A stretch of DNA of 63,628 nt, filler included, from Pirum gemmata (GCA_002812295.1; 19 parts of 19 records of this genome joined end to end with filler, not necessarily neighbours in it), one strand, 5' to 3'; numbered from the whole stretch's first letter, positions 25,499-39,445 are shown. The notes: generated by a model not told the origin, from the sequence alone. Numbers and translations: made by a program.

Positions 25499-26681
25499 TT
25501 TTAGACTTCTTATTCTAAAAACTTTAAAATACTAACTACCCAAATTATTTGTAAAAACTAGCCATTGGTTCATAATAGAATTTTATTAGTTTGACGTTTT
25601 CTCAAAATTTGGTAGTAATTTTATTAAAATTGGATCATTTTGAGATTTTTTTGGATTTTTGAGCTCATATAAATGGCTTGGGGAAAGAGCTTTTTTTAAA
25701 ATACATAAAATCAAGTCCTTGATAAAATTTAATTTTTAAAATTTTTAAAATAAAATTTAATAAAGTAGAGTCTAGTAGAGAATTACCTAACCTAACTCCA
25801 ATTCCTAACAACACGAGCGGACCCAACACCACTTAATTAACGCTACCCCTTGTATTATGATAGCATAGGGTTAGGGTTAGTGTTAGTGTTAGGATTTGGG
25901 TAGTGTTAGTACTAGTGTTAGTGTTAGGATTGATTAAAAGGTACCGGTTAGGGTTGGGTAGGGTTAGTGTTGGTGTTGGTGTTAGGCCTTAGGATTAATT
26001 ATAAAACCGGTTATGATTAGGGTCAGGGTATAGTGTTAGCTATAGGGTTGTGAGTCTTATGTATAATAGTAGTATAATAGTCTTGTACATGTGAGTATAT
26101 TATTAATACTTTCTATTTATTTATTTATTAATTAATTTATTAATTATATCAATTTTGTTGTTGTTGTTGTTGTTGTTGTTTGATGTTGTTTGTTGCTGTT
26201 TGTTGTAGTTGTTGTTATTTGTTGTTGTTGTTGTTGTTGTTTGTTGTTGTTAATTAATAGTTGTTGTTTTTTGTTGTTGTTGATGATGATGTTGTTTGTT
26301 GTTGTTAATAATAATAATATATTAATATTATATAAATCAACTAGTAAATTATATATGTAGGCTATTTCTAAACCACTTTTTTTTTAGAAAAAAAAAAAAA
26401 ACTTGATTCAAGAAGTTTTTGCTTTTTTNNNNNNNNNNNNNNNNNNNNNNNNNNNNNNNNNNNNNNNNNNNNTTAATTAATTAANNNNNNNNNNNNNNNN
26501 NNNNNNNNNNNNNNNNNNNNNNNNNNNNAAATAGATAAATAATAAAATATACCAAATTAAATTAAATGGATTTATATTGTATTAATTTGGTACTATTTAC
26601 TATATATTTTATGACGACAAAACACGATATTCTAGCTAGTAAAGTTATGATATAAATAATTCATCTCCTCCTACAGGCTAC

Positions 26682-26929
26682 AGCTCTCCCAATTCTGCTT
26701 ACCCAATTCTGCTTACCCAATTCTGCTTTATTTAAAAAAAACTTCGAGCCTATTTACATTAATTAAATAAGTTCGTAAATTTTAAGCTAACAATTAATTA
26801 TTCGAGTATATTTCCTTATTTATAAACCCGAAAAAAAGTGAAAAAATAAATAAATTTCAAACAGAGCCGAATTTCTTTTTTTTTTTTTTTTTTCCAAATT
26901 TTCGGGTTCGAGCAGAATTGGGAGAGGGT
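26682..26929 (+). mobile_element. MITE family F, TIR about AGCCTCTCCCAATTCTGC
   Basis: CTCTCCCAATTCTGCT...AGCAGAATTGGGAGAG; other copies ~43300-43499 (-), 44858-45060, 45413-45630, 56457-56655 (-). Confidence 0.8.
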
Positions 26930-28250
26930 TATTTACTACATAACTTTTTATATATATGAGCTATATATGGCAAACTAGATATGGCAAATTGATAACCTAT
27001 CATACCACTCGAGCTACTAGCTAGCCTAACCCTAACCCTCAGTAACCCTAACCCTAACCCTAACCCTAACCCTAACCCTAACCCTAACCCTAACCCTAGC
27101 TAGTTAGAGGTTAGTCTATGCCTTTTAGGTCTATGCCTATCTAGCTAGCTAGGACTACCTATACCATATAGAACCTAGGAGCTAACCTATAAGCCCCTGG
27201 TCTCTACCACAAGGTCTCTACTACTAGGTAGATGGGCCTGGGACCTTCTACTAGTTAGCTACTAACACCTACGATCTTCAACAGTCTTCAACCTGAGTCT
27301 TCAACTTCAACTTCTACGACTATCTGGTACTTGTGGCAGGGTTAGGGTTAGGGTTAGGGTTATGGTAATAGGGTGAGTGGTAGACTAAGTAGTATTAGTA
27401 CTGTAGGACAGCCCTAGACAGGTAGTAGTTCTGGAGTAGTTGAACTGTAGTTCTGCTCGTAGTTCTGATCTATGGCTATTCATTCTACGGAATTTCTACC
27501 AGGTCTACCAGTACACTACCAGCACCAGGCAGTACCAGGCTATTACCAGCCCACCCCCACCCAAAGCACCACATTACCATAATACCATTAATTTGAGCTT
27601 AATTTAGACTTTTTTCTTTTTTGGGAATTTTGTTTTTTAAAAAAAAAAAAAAAATACTAGTCAAGTAACAAATCAAATATTAACAAAACATAATTGCTAA
27701 TCAAAAAGATTTGTAGATCAACATATTGCTTTTTTATTGGTTTGATGCTATCATCATTGAGACTTACCAATACGTCTCCCACTATCACCAAACAATTAAC
27801 CAATACAATGTGCATCGGGCTGATCTCTCACTCAGAATGTGAGTCAGGCTGTGACTCAGAGTCTCAGACAAGCAGGTCAGACTCTCACGACTCTCACCGA
27901 GTCTCACGACTCTTTACTACTAGCTAGGCTAACATCACACGTCAACTAGTAACAAGCACAAGTACATCATATCGTACGCAGAAAGAACTCTTTATATTAT
28001 TATTATTATTATTATTATTATGTTATTAAATTATTATTATTATTGTTATTATTATTATTATTATCAATGTTATTATATATTATTATTATTATAATGAGTA
28101 ACAACAACAACAACAATAAAAGTTCCAGTTTCTAGATGACATTGTGTCTAGCTACACTGCAGCTAGTTCAACTATTATATTATACAATAATGAAGCATAT
28201 ATATTATGTATACTAATTATCGATACTAAGAGTTGATAGTTGAGTTATCA

Positions 28251-28383
28251 GGGAGCGTTTAAATAATACGCCACGTCAAGGGGTAGGTAGGTGAGGCGGT
28301 ATTTGACCGGGAATTAACGTCGAGGGGTAGGTAGGTAGGGAGTATATGAAGCTGTATTTGACCGGAATTGGTGTTACGCTCCC
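28251..28383 (+). mobile_element. MITE family E, GGGAGCG...CGCTCCC ends, PIF/Harbinger (Tourist)-like
   Basis: Ends GGGAGCG / CGCTCCC followed by TTA here and TAA at ~56455; two internal CGTC(A/G)AGGGGTAGGTAGGT..GTATTTGACCGG units. Other copies ~30393-30515 (-), 44476-44608 (-), 44718-44853, 56322-56454. Confidence 0.7.
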
Positions 28384-28476
28384 TTAATCCTAGAGTGTGA
28401 GTCCTATGATAGCTAATTAATTTATTAGTACTATTTTATTGTTTATTTTATGATGACAAAATAACTGAATATATTA

Positions 28477-28661
28477 TAGTGCTTTTCATTTGTTTTGTCA
28501 TCATAAAATATACAATAAATAGTACCAAATTAATACAATATACATCCTTTTAATTTAATTTGGTATATTTTATTATCTGTATATTGATTTAAAAATGTCA
28601 ATTTTAAGATTATAACCCTCCAAATAAGTATTCAGAGTGACAAAAAAAAGGAAATTCACGA
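28477..28661 (-). mobile_element. MITE family C, TA-flanked
   Basis: TA|TAGTGCTTTTCA...CACGA|TA. Confidence 0.8.
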
Positions 28662-28863
28662 TACTAGTAAATAATGTTATATACTCGTTTTTTTTTCTTT
28701 TAGACAATTATGACATTGTATATTATCATAATAGATCTAGAAAGTGTTTTTTTTCTTTTTCTTTCTGGAATCTTCCACAACCACCCTTTGAAGCTTCACT
28801 ACTAGTAGAAAATTGAGTGACTATTTTGCTGATAAAATAAATCACCTTTTTTTTTTTTTTTTT

Positions 28864-28922
<59 letters not shown>

Positions 28923-31203
28923 CTAAATATTTTTTTTTTTTTTTTATATTATTATTATTTTTTTTTTATTTTTGTTGTTGTAATTAATAATAGAGATTCT
29001 ATAATAACAATAATATTGATTCATTTATAAAAAGAAAATTGTGTGTATCGTCTATTCCATGACAGTTGTCCTCTCAATCTTTAATTTGGTACTGTTTAAG
29101 TGTAATTTGGTACTGTTTAAGTGTATACTTTTGGAGTAGTGCTGATAGTGCTGATAGTGTACTGAATGTTATAAATTAGGGTACCGGTGCATTCCGACAG
29201 GTTGTACTAACCAGGATCTGTGATCAGGAACAGACTTTTACTCTTTGGGCGTAGACTAGCAAAAGTTTGGGGGTTCAAATAATTCAACAATACATCATTA
29301 ATATTTAAATTGGTAGGTTTTAATGTAATATGATAATATAGTCTTATATAATATATACAGAATATAATGTAATTGCTTTTAAAAAAATGTTTATAATGTA
29401 ATCATTTTGTATTATTTTGGTTGTGAATATGATAATAGATATAAACAAAAATGACATAGTCAATGTATGAGAGCTACTTGTAGTTTTTATGGTAAATCCT
29501 TATTAATAATGTATTATTCATTATTAAATACATACACACTATGTAGGAGATGTGAGAGTTTCGATCTATTTATACACGTTATGTAGGAGATGCGGGAAAA
29601 CTATCGAATCGAGATTAGTTTGAAATTTTTCGATCTAATTTTAAAAGTATTTAAAAAAAAATTAACTCAATTTTGAATTCATTAATCTCTATAGAAATTT
29701 TATAGAAAAAACTTGAATTATAAATACAACATTTTAAAATTGAAATAATAATAATAATATNNNNNNNNNNNNNNNNNNNNNNNNNNNNNNNNNNNNNNNN
29801 NNNNTTAATTAATTAANNNNNNNNNNNNNNNNNNNNNNNNNNNNNNNNNNNNNNNNNNNNAGGTGCAGATAGTGTGCAGATAATCTAAAAACGTTCTACT
29901 TTTTTTGACTAATTACAAGCAAAATACCACTACCTTTTTTTTTTAATATTATATATTCGAAAATTCCAAATCTATTAAATAATTATTATATTACGTCGAA
30001 AATTAAAAATTCTAGTGAAACCCAAAAGTCGGGCTTTTTTAAGTTGCTTGCACAATAACATTTTTTTAAAGCTATAACTATACTATAATAGGATTTGTTA
30101 CCAAATTTGTAATTTCGAAATATTATTGTTCAAACTATTGAGAAACTATTGTTAGCTCTATTGTTCATCACATGAAAATTCTCTTGTTTTTAATTGGTAA
30201 GTATTTTTAGTTTTTTTCAGAGTTTTTTTACTTTTTTGACTTTTTTAAAAATTCAACCCTTTTTAGAAATTTCACCACCCTATTTTACACTAATTTTAGT
30301 TATTTTATACTATATATATATATTTACAGCTTTTTTGCTTTTTACTAGGTTAAAAATTAGCTAGTAGACTTAGAGAAGTCAGTTTTCAGTAGTAACGCCA
30401 ACTTCCGGTCAAATACAGCTTCAAATACCCTTACCTACCTACCCCTCGACGTTAATTTCCGGTCAAATACCACCTACCTACCTACCCCTTGACGTGACGT
30501 ATTATTTGAATACTCTTTTCGTTTTCCTCAGCAGTTTTCCACTTTTCCTCCAGCTCGAGTCTACAGTTTCTAGCTAGCTAGTAGTAGTTAGTGACTAGCT
30601 AGCTAGCCAGTGATAGCCTATACTGTCTACTAAAGTATCGATATCGATAGTATCCCCCCATATAAATAAAGTATCATATACATGATAGTTTCTTGTAAAC
30701 TGTTTTCTGCAGGTTTTAGGGTTAGGGTTAGGGTTAGGGTTAGGGTCTAGGGGGTTAGGGTTAGGGTTAGGGTTAGAGTTAAGGTTAGGTTAGGGTCTTG
30801 ACTCTGGAGGGGTTAGGGAGTTGTTAGGGTAAGCTTTCAATGATTTTTTGTTCTTGGGAGTTTTACAGTTTTTTATCTTTTTGTTTTTATTAGTTTTGCT
30901 TTGTTGTTTTGGTCAGTTTTTTGGTTTGTTTGTTTGTTTTTGTTATTTTTATCATATTATAGACTTTGCACTAGAGACTGCATCATTATCAAACGTATAT
31001 CAATATATTATAAAAAACAAATCAAACGAGGTCACTACCACGGTAGTCTCTATAACAGTCTTTGACTCTATAGATTAGACTATCCGTTGGTATGATACTA
31101 CTACGGTGCACGAAGCCTAAAAAGACAACAAAGATTTTTGTCATTTTCAAAAGAATAGAACTGAGCACCGGCAACCCATTAACCAACACTGGAGAAGTGT
31201 GTA

Positions 31204-32680
31204 TTATGAATTTATGATAATATGTGGCAAGGACTTCAAAATTCTTTTGAAGTCCTTGTATGAACTCTTGTATCTGGGCAAGTACTGAAACTCTCTGGTG
31301 CTTTTTTTTTTTTGGTGACTTCTATTAGCTCTTCTATTAGTCTTCCACTGGTATTCATTAGAAAAAAAAGTAAAATTGGTAAAAAGGCTAAATTTGCCCT
31401 TTTTGCCCCTTTTGGTCATATTTTTATACATATCCATACTTAGGGAATATTTAGGGAATATTTAGGGCATGCCACGTATGCCTTAAACACTCCTAAACCA
31501 ATATTGCAGTGGTATAATGATAATGTTAATGTTAATGGTAATGATAATGATAATGATAATGATAATGATAATGATAATGATAATGATAATGATAATGATA
31601 ATGATAATATTAATATGATAATGATAAATTATTGATAATGATAATGATAATGATAATGATAATATTAATGATAATGATAATGGTAATTGTATTAATAACG
31701 ATAATGATAATGATAATGATAATGATAATATTTATGATAATGACAATGATAATGACAATGATAATGACAATAATAATGATATCGATAATGATAATGATAA
31801 TGATATTCTTAATTAAGCTTGATAATGATAATGATAATTTATAATGATATTATTAATAATAATGATATGATAATGATAATGATAATGATTAATGATAATG
31901 ATATGATAATGATATTAATAATAAACTATAATAATAATGTTAAAACACTAAACAAGTTTAGATATCTGATGATTGTGCAGGCTTCTTAATTATAATTAAT
32001 TAAGATTATTCTGTTTTGTTTCATACAATTCAAATATATTCTCAAGTACTCTACGATGACTTTTGTATTTCTTATGAGCATAAAGTAAAACATTATAGCT
32101 TAACTTTTTGTCATAAAGATAAACTATGTGTACACTGTCTAAAGCAGCAGGTATTGTGGTAAGGAAACCTTGTGTAGTATTATATGTTTTTTTATGATCA
32201 TGGTTTGATCGACCCTCGCTAATTTTTATTGCCGCTACTCCCTTATTACACCCTTCTTGTAACTTTTCTATGTAAGCTAGAATCATATATATTAATGTCA
32301 CTCTTGTGTGCATCTGAAAAGTTATACTTCTTTCTTCTTTTATCGACCACCTTTTTTTCAATAAGCAAAGCAGCATGCATCATTTTAAGCAATTCATACC
32401 ACTGCTCTTTTGGATTCACTTTCTTCATCCTTTTCGATTTCTTCAGTAACTTCGGCAGGCTTGAAAAACTCATTAATCTTTTTGTTACCTTTCGCTTTCG
32501 CCTTCTTCCTAAATTTATTCCTCGTACTATGACCAGTGTATGACGCTCTCTTTCTCTTACTCTCATCATTCACTCATTTCAAAAGTGCCCCTTTCTTGTT
32601 TCTTTCCTCTTCTTTGGACTTGGCAAAGTTTTTATACACATCCAGCAACAGGGCTCTTGCAAAAATTTGTTGTATATCAA
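31204..32680 (-). pseudogene. Frameshifted relic resembling the N-terminal region of a DDE transposase, interrupted by an (ATGATA)n microsatellite
   Basis: Fragments in three frames: SYTGHSTRNKFRKKAKAKGNKKINEFF; EQWYELLKMMH; RVTLIYMILAYIEKLQEGCNKGVAAIKIS; and KRGKKGKFSL beyond the microsatellite. Resemblance to fungal-type transposase N-termini is from recall, not a search. Confidence 0.35.
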
Positions 32681-33241
32681 CTTTTTATTATTATTATTAT
32701 TATTTGTTTATTATACCTACCGGTATTACTAACTAAAAAGGGGGTGACCTACTGGTAATAGGCCGGTATTAGTACCGTATTACTAAATATTATAACTGCT
32801 AACCCTTTTTTTTTATTATATTATTCTATCATATCGATATTATCATACTAGCTACTAGCTCCTAGTAGTATCCTATCATATATAGTATCGATAGTATCAT
32901 AGTTCTAGCTAGCTAGAGTATTAGAGTCTAGCTAGAAAAAAAACGCAGGTAACAAAAACAAGCCAAAAACAAGCTCAACATCTCTGGAAAACATCTGGTC
33001 TTTGTTTTAAATTTGTTATTTGTTATTGATTTTGTTATTTGTTATTTTGTTATGTTATTTGTTATTTGTTATTTGTTATTTGTTATTTGTTTNNNNNNNN
33101 NNNNNNNNNNNNNNNNNNNNNNNNNNNNNNNNNNNNTTAATTAATTAANNNNNNNNNNNNNNNNNNNNNNNNNNNNNNNNNNNNNNNNNNNNTTATTATT
33201 ATTATTATTATTACTATTATCAAATATAAACAGAACCAAAT

Positions 33242-35282
33242 ATGAGCGGAAACACAAATGATTTTATGCAAGTATTGCAAGTATTACAATGTATATTAAA
33301 TAGACAATACTTTAGCAGCAAAACTATATTAACACTTTTACAAATCAACAAAACCGTTCTTCATTTAATGAAAAATAATACTAAAATATTAGATTTAAGT
33401 CGTTGCAAAACATTTAAATAACGTGTTAGTTTTGAGCAGTTTCCCTAATCTTATTTGTCTAGATTTAACAAAAGCTAAGCAAGTTAATATCTTAAACGGC
33501 ATTCACATTTTAAATCGACTTTTAAAAATAACTTTAACAAAATGTAAAATAAAGAATATTAACGAGCTAAAGTCTCTAACGCAACTCAAACACTTAAGTT
33601 TAAAAAAATGTGCTAATCTAGAAAACATTGGACTTGGTAATTTAACGAATTTAAAGCATTTAGAAATAAGTTCATGTTTTAAAATACCTGAGGGTGCTAT
33701 TGATGAGTGTGTTAAGGATTTGTTTAATCTTCAATATCTAGAATTAAGTGTAATAACTTGGGTTGATAATGATTTTGATCTTGGTGAAAGTAAACTAATT
33801 AACCTTGATTTTCTTCAAAATCTAACTAAACTAACTTGTTTAAAACTTAATCATTGTAAAAATCTTCGTAATCTTAAAGGACTGTTGAATTTAACTAAAG
33901 TATTACATTTAGAATTGGAATATTGTGGACTTCATGAAGGTGATTTAACAAAAGCTAAGCAAGTTAATACCTTAAACGGCATTCACAATTTAAATCGACT
34001 TTTAAAAATAACTTTAACAGAATGTAAAATAAAGAATATTAACGAGCTAAAGTCTCTAACCCAACTCAAACACTTAAGTTTAAAAAAATGTGCTAATCTA
34101 GAAAACATTGGTGGACTTGGTAATTTAACGAATTTAAAGCATTTAGAAATAAGTTCATGTTTTAAAATACCTGAGGGTGCTATTGATGAGTGTGTTAAGG
34201 ATTTGTTTAATCTTCAATATCTAGATTTAAGTGTAATAACTCGGGCTGTTGATGATCCTGCTTTTGATAATGGTAAAATAACTAACGTTGATTTTCTTCA
34301 AAATCTAACTAAACTAACTTGTTTAAAACTTAATTATTGTAAAAATCTTCGTCATCTTAAAGGACTGTTGAATTTAACTAAATTATTACATTTAGAATTG
34401 AAACATTGTGTACTTCTTGAAAATGTTGATGGGCTGTGTAATTCAGTTAATTTACAACAATTGAAAATGAACTGGTGTACCGAATTAACCAATATAAATG
34501 GACTAGCACGTATGTCCAAACTTTCAGTTTTACAATTCTATTGTGGAAAATTACATGATTTTAGTGGAATAACCAATTGTTTTGATTTAATTGATTTAAA
34601 ATTAAGCAACTGTAACCTATTACCCAATGCTAATACACTTCAATACTTAACCAAAATTACAAAATTAAGGATGGATTCTTGTCATAATTTAGAAAATATT
34701 GATATGTTAGTTAATCTAATCAATCTAAAAGACTTAAACATTAGCTTTGGGCTGAAAAACGCAGACGTTCTTCAATATCTAACTAAACTAGAAAATCTAA
34801 CTATATCACTTGTGCCTCGATTGGAGAGTATTGATTTTCTTCAGAAATTAGTTAATCTAAAATCATTAGATTTATTTTGTTGCCATTTATTAGTGAATTG
34901 TAGTGTATTGCAACCTTTAACCAAAATCAGGCAATTAATTTTGAGCCACAACTTGTTCTTGAAAAATGTTGATGGGTTGGAAGATTTCACGAGATTGAAC
35001 AGGTTGACCTTGTCAGGTTGTTCTCAATTAGAAAATGTAGATGGATTATGTGGTATAACTTGTATGGAGACGTTGGAACTAGACGAATGCAAAAATTTAC
35101 TTAATGTTGATGGTCTAAAAAACTTAAAATACGTGGATTATCTTGATGCAAGCAATTGTGATAAGCTACAGAATATCAATGGTTTATTGGACAGTCTGGT
35201 TAGTGTTCATGAATTAGATTTGAGTAATTGTGAGCTTTTAAATAAGGATGACATTGATAGACTTAAGCTTCAATCCAAATAA
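33242..35282 (+). pseudogene. Intronless F-box-like + LRR protein with a +1 frameshift at the A4 run 33407-33410 (pseudogene or assembly error)
   Basis: ATG 33242 frame gives MSGN...VLQCILNRQYFSSKTILTLLQINK...ILDLSRCK then stop; removing one A restores LDLSRCKHLNNVLVLSSFPNL into the 619-aa LRR ORF (LxxLxxLxLxxCxxLxxxxxL repeats). Internal 480-nt duplication. Confidence 0.75.
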
Positions 35283-35392
35283 GGATTCCGTTGTGAAAGC
35301 CGTTCAAGAGAACAAAAAGATCAGTTTCTACTTTTAAGCGTCTCTAAACCTTTAAAAGCCGCCACCATCACAATCACCACCATCATTATTGC

Positions 35393-35433
<41 letters not shown>

Positions 35434-35837
35434 CTACAATCACCACCACCACCACCACTACCATCACCATCACCATCACCACCATCATCACCATCACCAT
35501 CACTATCACCATCACTATCACCATCACTATCACCATCACTATCACCATCACTATCACCATCCATCACTATCACCATCACTATCGCCATTTATCCCTAATC
35601 ATAATATTTAATCAATACTTTATTCCTAATTATCAAACCCCTTAGCTTGAAAAATTTAGTTAAGTTGAATTTTATTTACCCCACTATAAACTAAATTAAC
35701 TGAAATGGATTTATATTGTAATTAATTAGGTATGTATAACTTGAATGTCAAAGTCTTTTAATTAATATTTAATCTACCTCCTATGCATAGCTCACAGGTA
35801 CCATAATAACAATAAATGAATAACGTTTTAATACTGG

Positions 35838-35875
<38 letters not shown>

Positions 35876-35900
35876 TTACTACTACACTTCCACTAATAAT

Positions 35901-35932
<32 letters not shown>

Positions 35933-35972
35933 ACAATAATAATAATAATAATAATAATAATTAATATAATAC

Positions 35973-36003
<31 letters not shown>

Positions 36004-36475
36004 ATACTTATAAACAGTACCAACTCAACAAAGTACGCTTGACCGTGTGTGTTATGAATTCGAAGAAAGAAATAGAAGGAAGGACACGTCAAGTTCATTT
36101 TTATTATTAGACTTGGATGGAAATAATATTATTGTCAATTTCATTTGGTAGTTTGAAATTGATAATTGAACATTTTTAAAGAGACACCATAAACAAAAAA
36201 CATTAAAAATTAATTAAAACATACCAAACACAAATCAATTTGGTAGTTTTAATGACTCTCTTGATTATAGGCCAAGCGCCTTGGCCGGGTTAGGGTTAGG
36301 GTGTTGTTATTATCGTCGCTTTAATGGTGTCTATTGCTGTATTAGTGTTGTTGTTGTTGTTGTTGTTGTTGTTGTNNNNNNNNNNNNNNNNNNNNNNNNN
36401 NNNNNNNNNNNNNNNNNNNTTAATTAATTAANNNNNNNNNNNNNNNNNNNNNNNNNNNNNNNNNNNNNNNNNNNN

Positions 36476-36904
36476 GCGTTTTTTTCAAGTTTTATAAAAT
36501 CAACGTGGAATGAAGCTACAGAAAATAGTAATAACAAAAATGATAATGATGATGATACTGCAGGTATTGTTTATTCATTATTTGATGTTACTGAGAGCAT
36601 AAAAGAAAATGCGGGTGTTTTAACACACAAAGTACAATCAACTGTAAATGAAAAGTTTTTTGATAAACAAGAACAATTTACGTTGGAAAAAGTTAAAGAA
36701 GATGCAAAGGTAAACTTGGATATGGTAACTGAGAGTTTACAAGAAAATGCGGCGTTTTTTTCAAGTTTTATAAAATCAACGTGGAATGAAGCTACAGAAA
36801 ATAGTAATAATAAAAAAGATAATGGTGATGATACTGCAGGTATTGTTTTTTCATTATTTGATGTAATGAAAAAGAAAGCCAAAAAGAAAATTATGGGCGT
36901 ATAG
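36476..36904 (+). CDS. 3' end of a protein with 92-aa tandem repeats, function unknown
   Basis: Open from scaffold start to TAG 36904; AFFSSFIKSTWNEATENSNN...DTAGIV(Y/F)SLFDV recurs at a 276-nt period (36476, 36752). Confidence 0.6.
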   Translation, partial: AFFSSFIKSTWNEATENSNNKNDNDDDTAGIVYSLFDVTESIKENAGVLTHKVQSTVNEKFFDKQEQFTLEKVKEDAKVNLDMVTESLQENAAFFSSFIKSTWNEATENSNNKKDNGDDTAGIVFSLFDVMKKKAKKKIMGV

Positions 36905-37239
36905 TAAGTAAACAAACAAATCCAGACCAACCCAAGGTGATGTTACTTAGAATTTACCACATGACTACCAGTCATAATTCTAGCTAACCTCCTCACCCCC
37001 TTGCAAAAAGTATCGTAAGTATCCTGAGCCTTAACATAATTTTCTTACTAAACAAATAAAAAGGATTTTAGCAGATCCATATACAGCCCCCTATTAATGG
37101 ACAATGTAATACAATCAACAGTTTTAATAACAGCAACAACTTGACCTCAGCAACAATGACAATGATAGCAATAGCCCCAATGTTAAACTGCAAAAGCAAC
37201 AACACAGGCAATATCAACAGATATAAGAATGGCAGCAAT

Positions 37240-37915
37240 AATAACAGCAACCAGAGTAGCAGCCACAATAACAGCAACCAGAGTAGCAACAACAGCAACA
37301 GCACAAACATAGCAATACTAAACACTATAACAGAATGATAGTACTACCATAAATCAACTCGAATACCCAACAACAATAGCAGCAAAACAGAAACATTAAT
37401 AATAGCTATTAATACCAAAATAATAGTATAGACGTCAACAACAATAAAATACCCTTATCACACATTAATCCAATAAACACACCACACAATAACAGCAACT
37501 AGAGTAGCAGCAACAATAACAGCAACCAGAGTAGCAGCAACAGCAACAGCATAAACATAGCAATGCTTAACACTATGACAGAATGATAGTACTATCATAA
37601 ATCGACTCTTATGCCCTACAACAATACCAGCAAGACAAAAACAGTATTCACAGCTACCACAATAACAGTATAGACCTCAACAACAATAAAATACCCTTAC
37701 CACACAGTAATCTAATAAATAGCCAACAATAATAACTACTACTATAGCAACACAGACTTTCAATCAGTTAAAAAAAATCTACTATAGTTCGACTCTAATA
37801 CCCTACAACAATAACAGTATAGACCTCAACAACAATAAAATACCCTTATCACACAGCAATCTAATAAATAGTCGCCAATAATAGCTACTAATACAGCAAC
37901 ACAGACTTTAATCAG
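37240..37915. repeat. Imperfect tandem repeat, A/C-rich, units of roughly 120-250 nt
   Basis: AATAACAGCAACCAGAGTAGC blocks and CAGTATAGACCTCAACAACAATAAAATACCCTTATCACAC blocks recur 2-3 times. Confidence 0.75.
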
Positions 37916-38950
37916 TTTTAAAGAATTTTCACCCTATTATACTGTAATTAGTGAACAATAACTAAAACATCTCTATACAATTACAACATGTCTATGTTCA
38001 AGTATAACTTTTTGGAACCAATATGGGTACGTACTACGTGGCGTTATATTTCCATAGAATGTAAGTACGGTATACGATTTCTAAAATTTTTAATTACACT
38101 TAGTTCATGATTCCAGTGTACAATTAAATATTTAATTATTTCAGCCTACTATTAATTCCACCAATGCTTAGAGCCTCATGTTCTTGTTAATATTTATTAA
38201 TCTAAATAAAAAAATGAAATGTTATGATATTTATCATATCCGGTAACCTATGTGACGTCACACATAGGTTCGGCTCGTAGAACTACTCACTGAATGTGAC
38301 AGAGAGATAATATGATAAGAGAAAAAAACTATAATATAAGTATTGCTTTTAGTGTCTTTGGATGGTGTTATGATAAAGGGTTAGGGTTCCATTTTGGTGG
38401 TAATTAATTAATATAAAATGCATTGCGCATGCGTATTTATTTTAATTTTAAGTAATAAAACTGATTATGGTAATGGTAAAAATATGTATATTATAGAATA
38501 ATTATTTATTCATTTATTCATTCACTTTTTGTTCTGTTATATTGACAATAAATTTTTTAATAATGAAAGAAAACAAAATTTGAATTAAATATCGAGCTAA
38601 TTAGAAATTTTGCTTTTTCCCTCTGGGTTTCGGGTTCCGGTTCTTTTTCCGTATATATTCCTATCAAAGAAAGCGGAAATCGCAAGCAGGTTCATACTAG
38701 TGTAACACAAGGTTCCAAGGAATTTTCAAATTCATCCCTTTTTTGTGCTTTGGTAGCGTGTGGGNNNNNNNNNNNNNGTATTTCAACTTTCAAGCTTCAC
38801 TTTTTCTAAAAAATAACTAAATAATTATGATGCCGAGCTAAATGTTGACATCAATCTCCACTTTTAAGAAAATGAGATGATTCAGGATTTTAGTATTTCA
38901 AACCTTATTATTTAACCGAATCTCATGTGGAGCCTAATGCAAGTTTGGCA

Positions 38951-39250
38951 TCGAGCCTGGTTATGAGCCTGTCATCGAGCCTGATTTCGAATCTGTCATC
39001 GAGCCTGATTGCGAGCCTGTCATCGAGCCTGTGATCGAGCCATATTTCGAGCCTGTGATCGAGCCATATTCCGAGCATTAATCGAGTCATATTTCGAGCC
39101 ATATTTCGAGCCTGGAATCGAGCCTGATTGCGAGCCTGTAATGGAGCCCGATTTCGAGCCTGGCATCGAGCCTGATTGCGAGCCTGATTGCGAGCTTTAT
39201 TTCGATCCTGATTTCGATCCTGGTACTGGGCCTGGTACCGAGCCTGGTTA
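38951..39250. repeat. CpG-rich 12-bp minisatellite (TCGAGCCTGATT-like), about 25 units
   Basis: CGAGCC core every 12 nt. Confidence 0.85.
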
Positions 39251-39445
39251 CCTCATCTGAGACCTAAAATAGGAATCTCAAAACCTTAATATAATCTATA
39301 AGACGTAAAACGAGAAGCTAAATAAAGGTCTAAATAAAGGCTTGATGTTGAGCGAATAGTCAAGCAAGCAAAAGCTTATACCAGGAGCAATATCAAGAAG
39401 ACCTGTATTGGCAAAAGCCTAATACTGGATTGAACATGAACTTTT

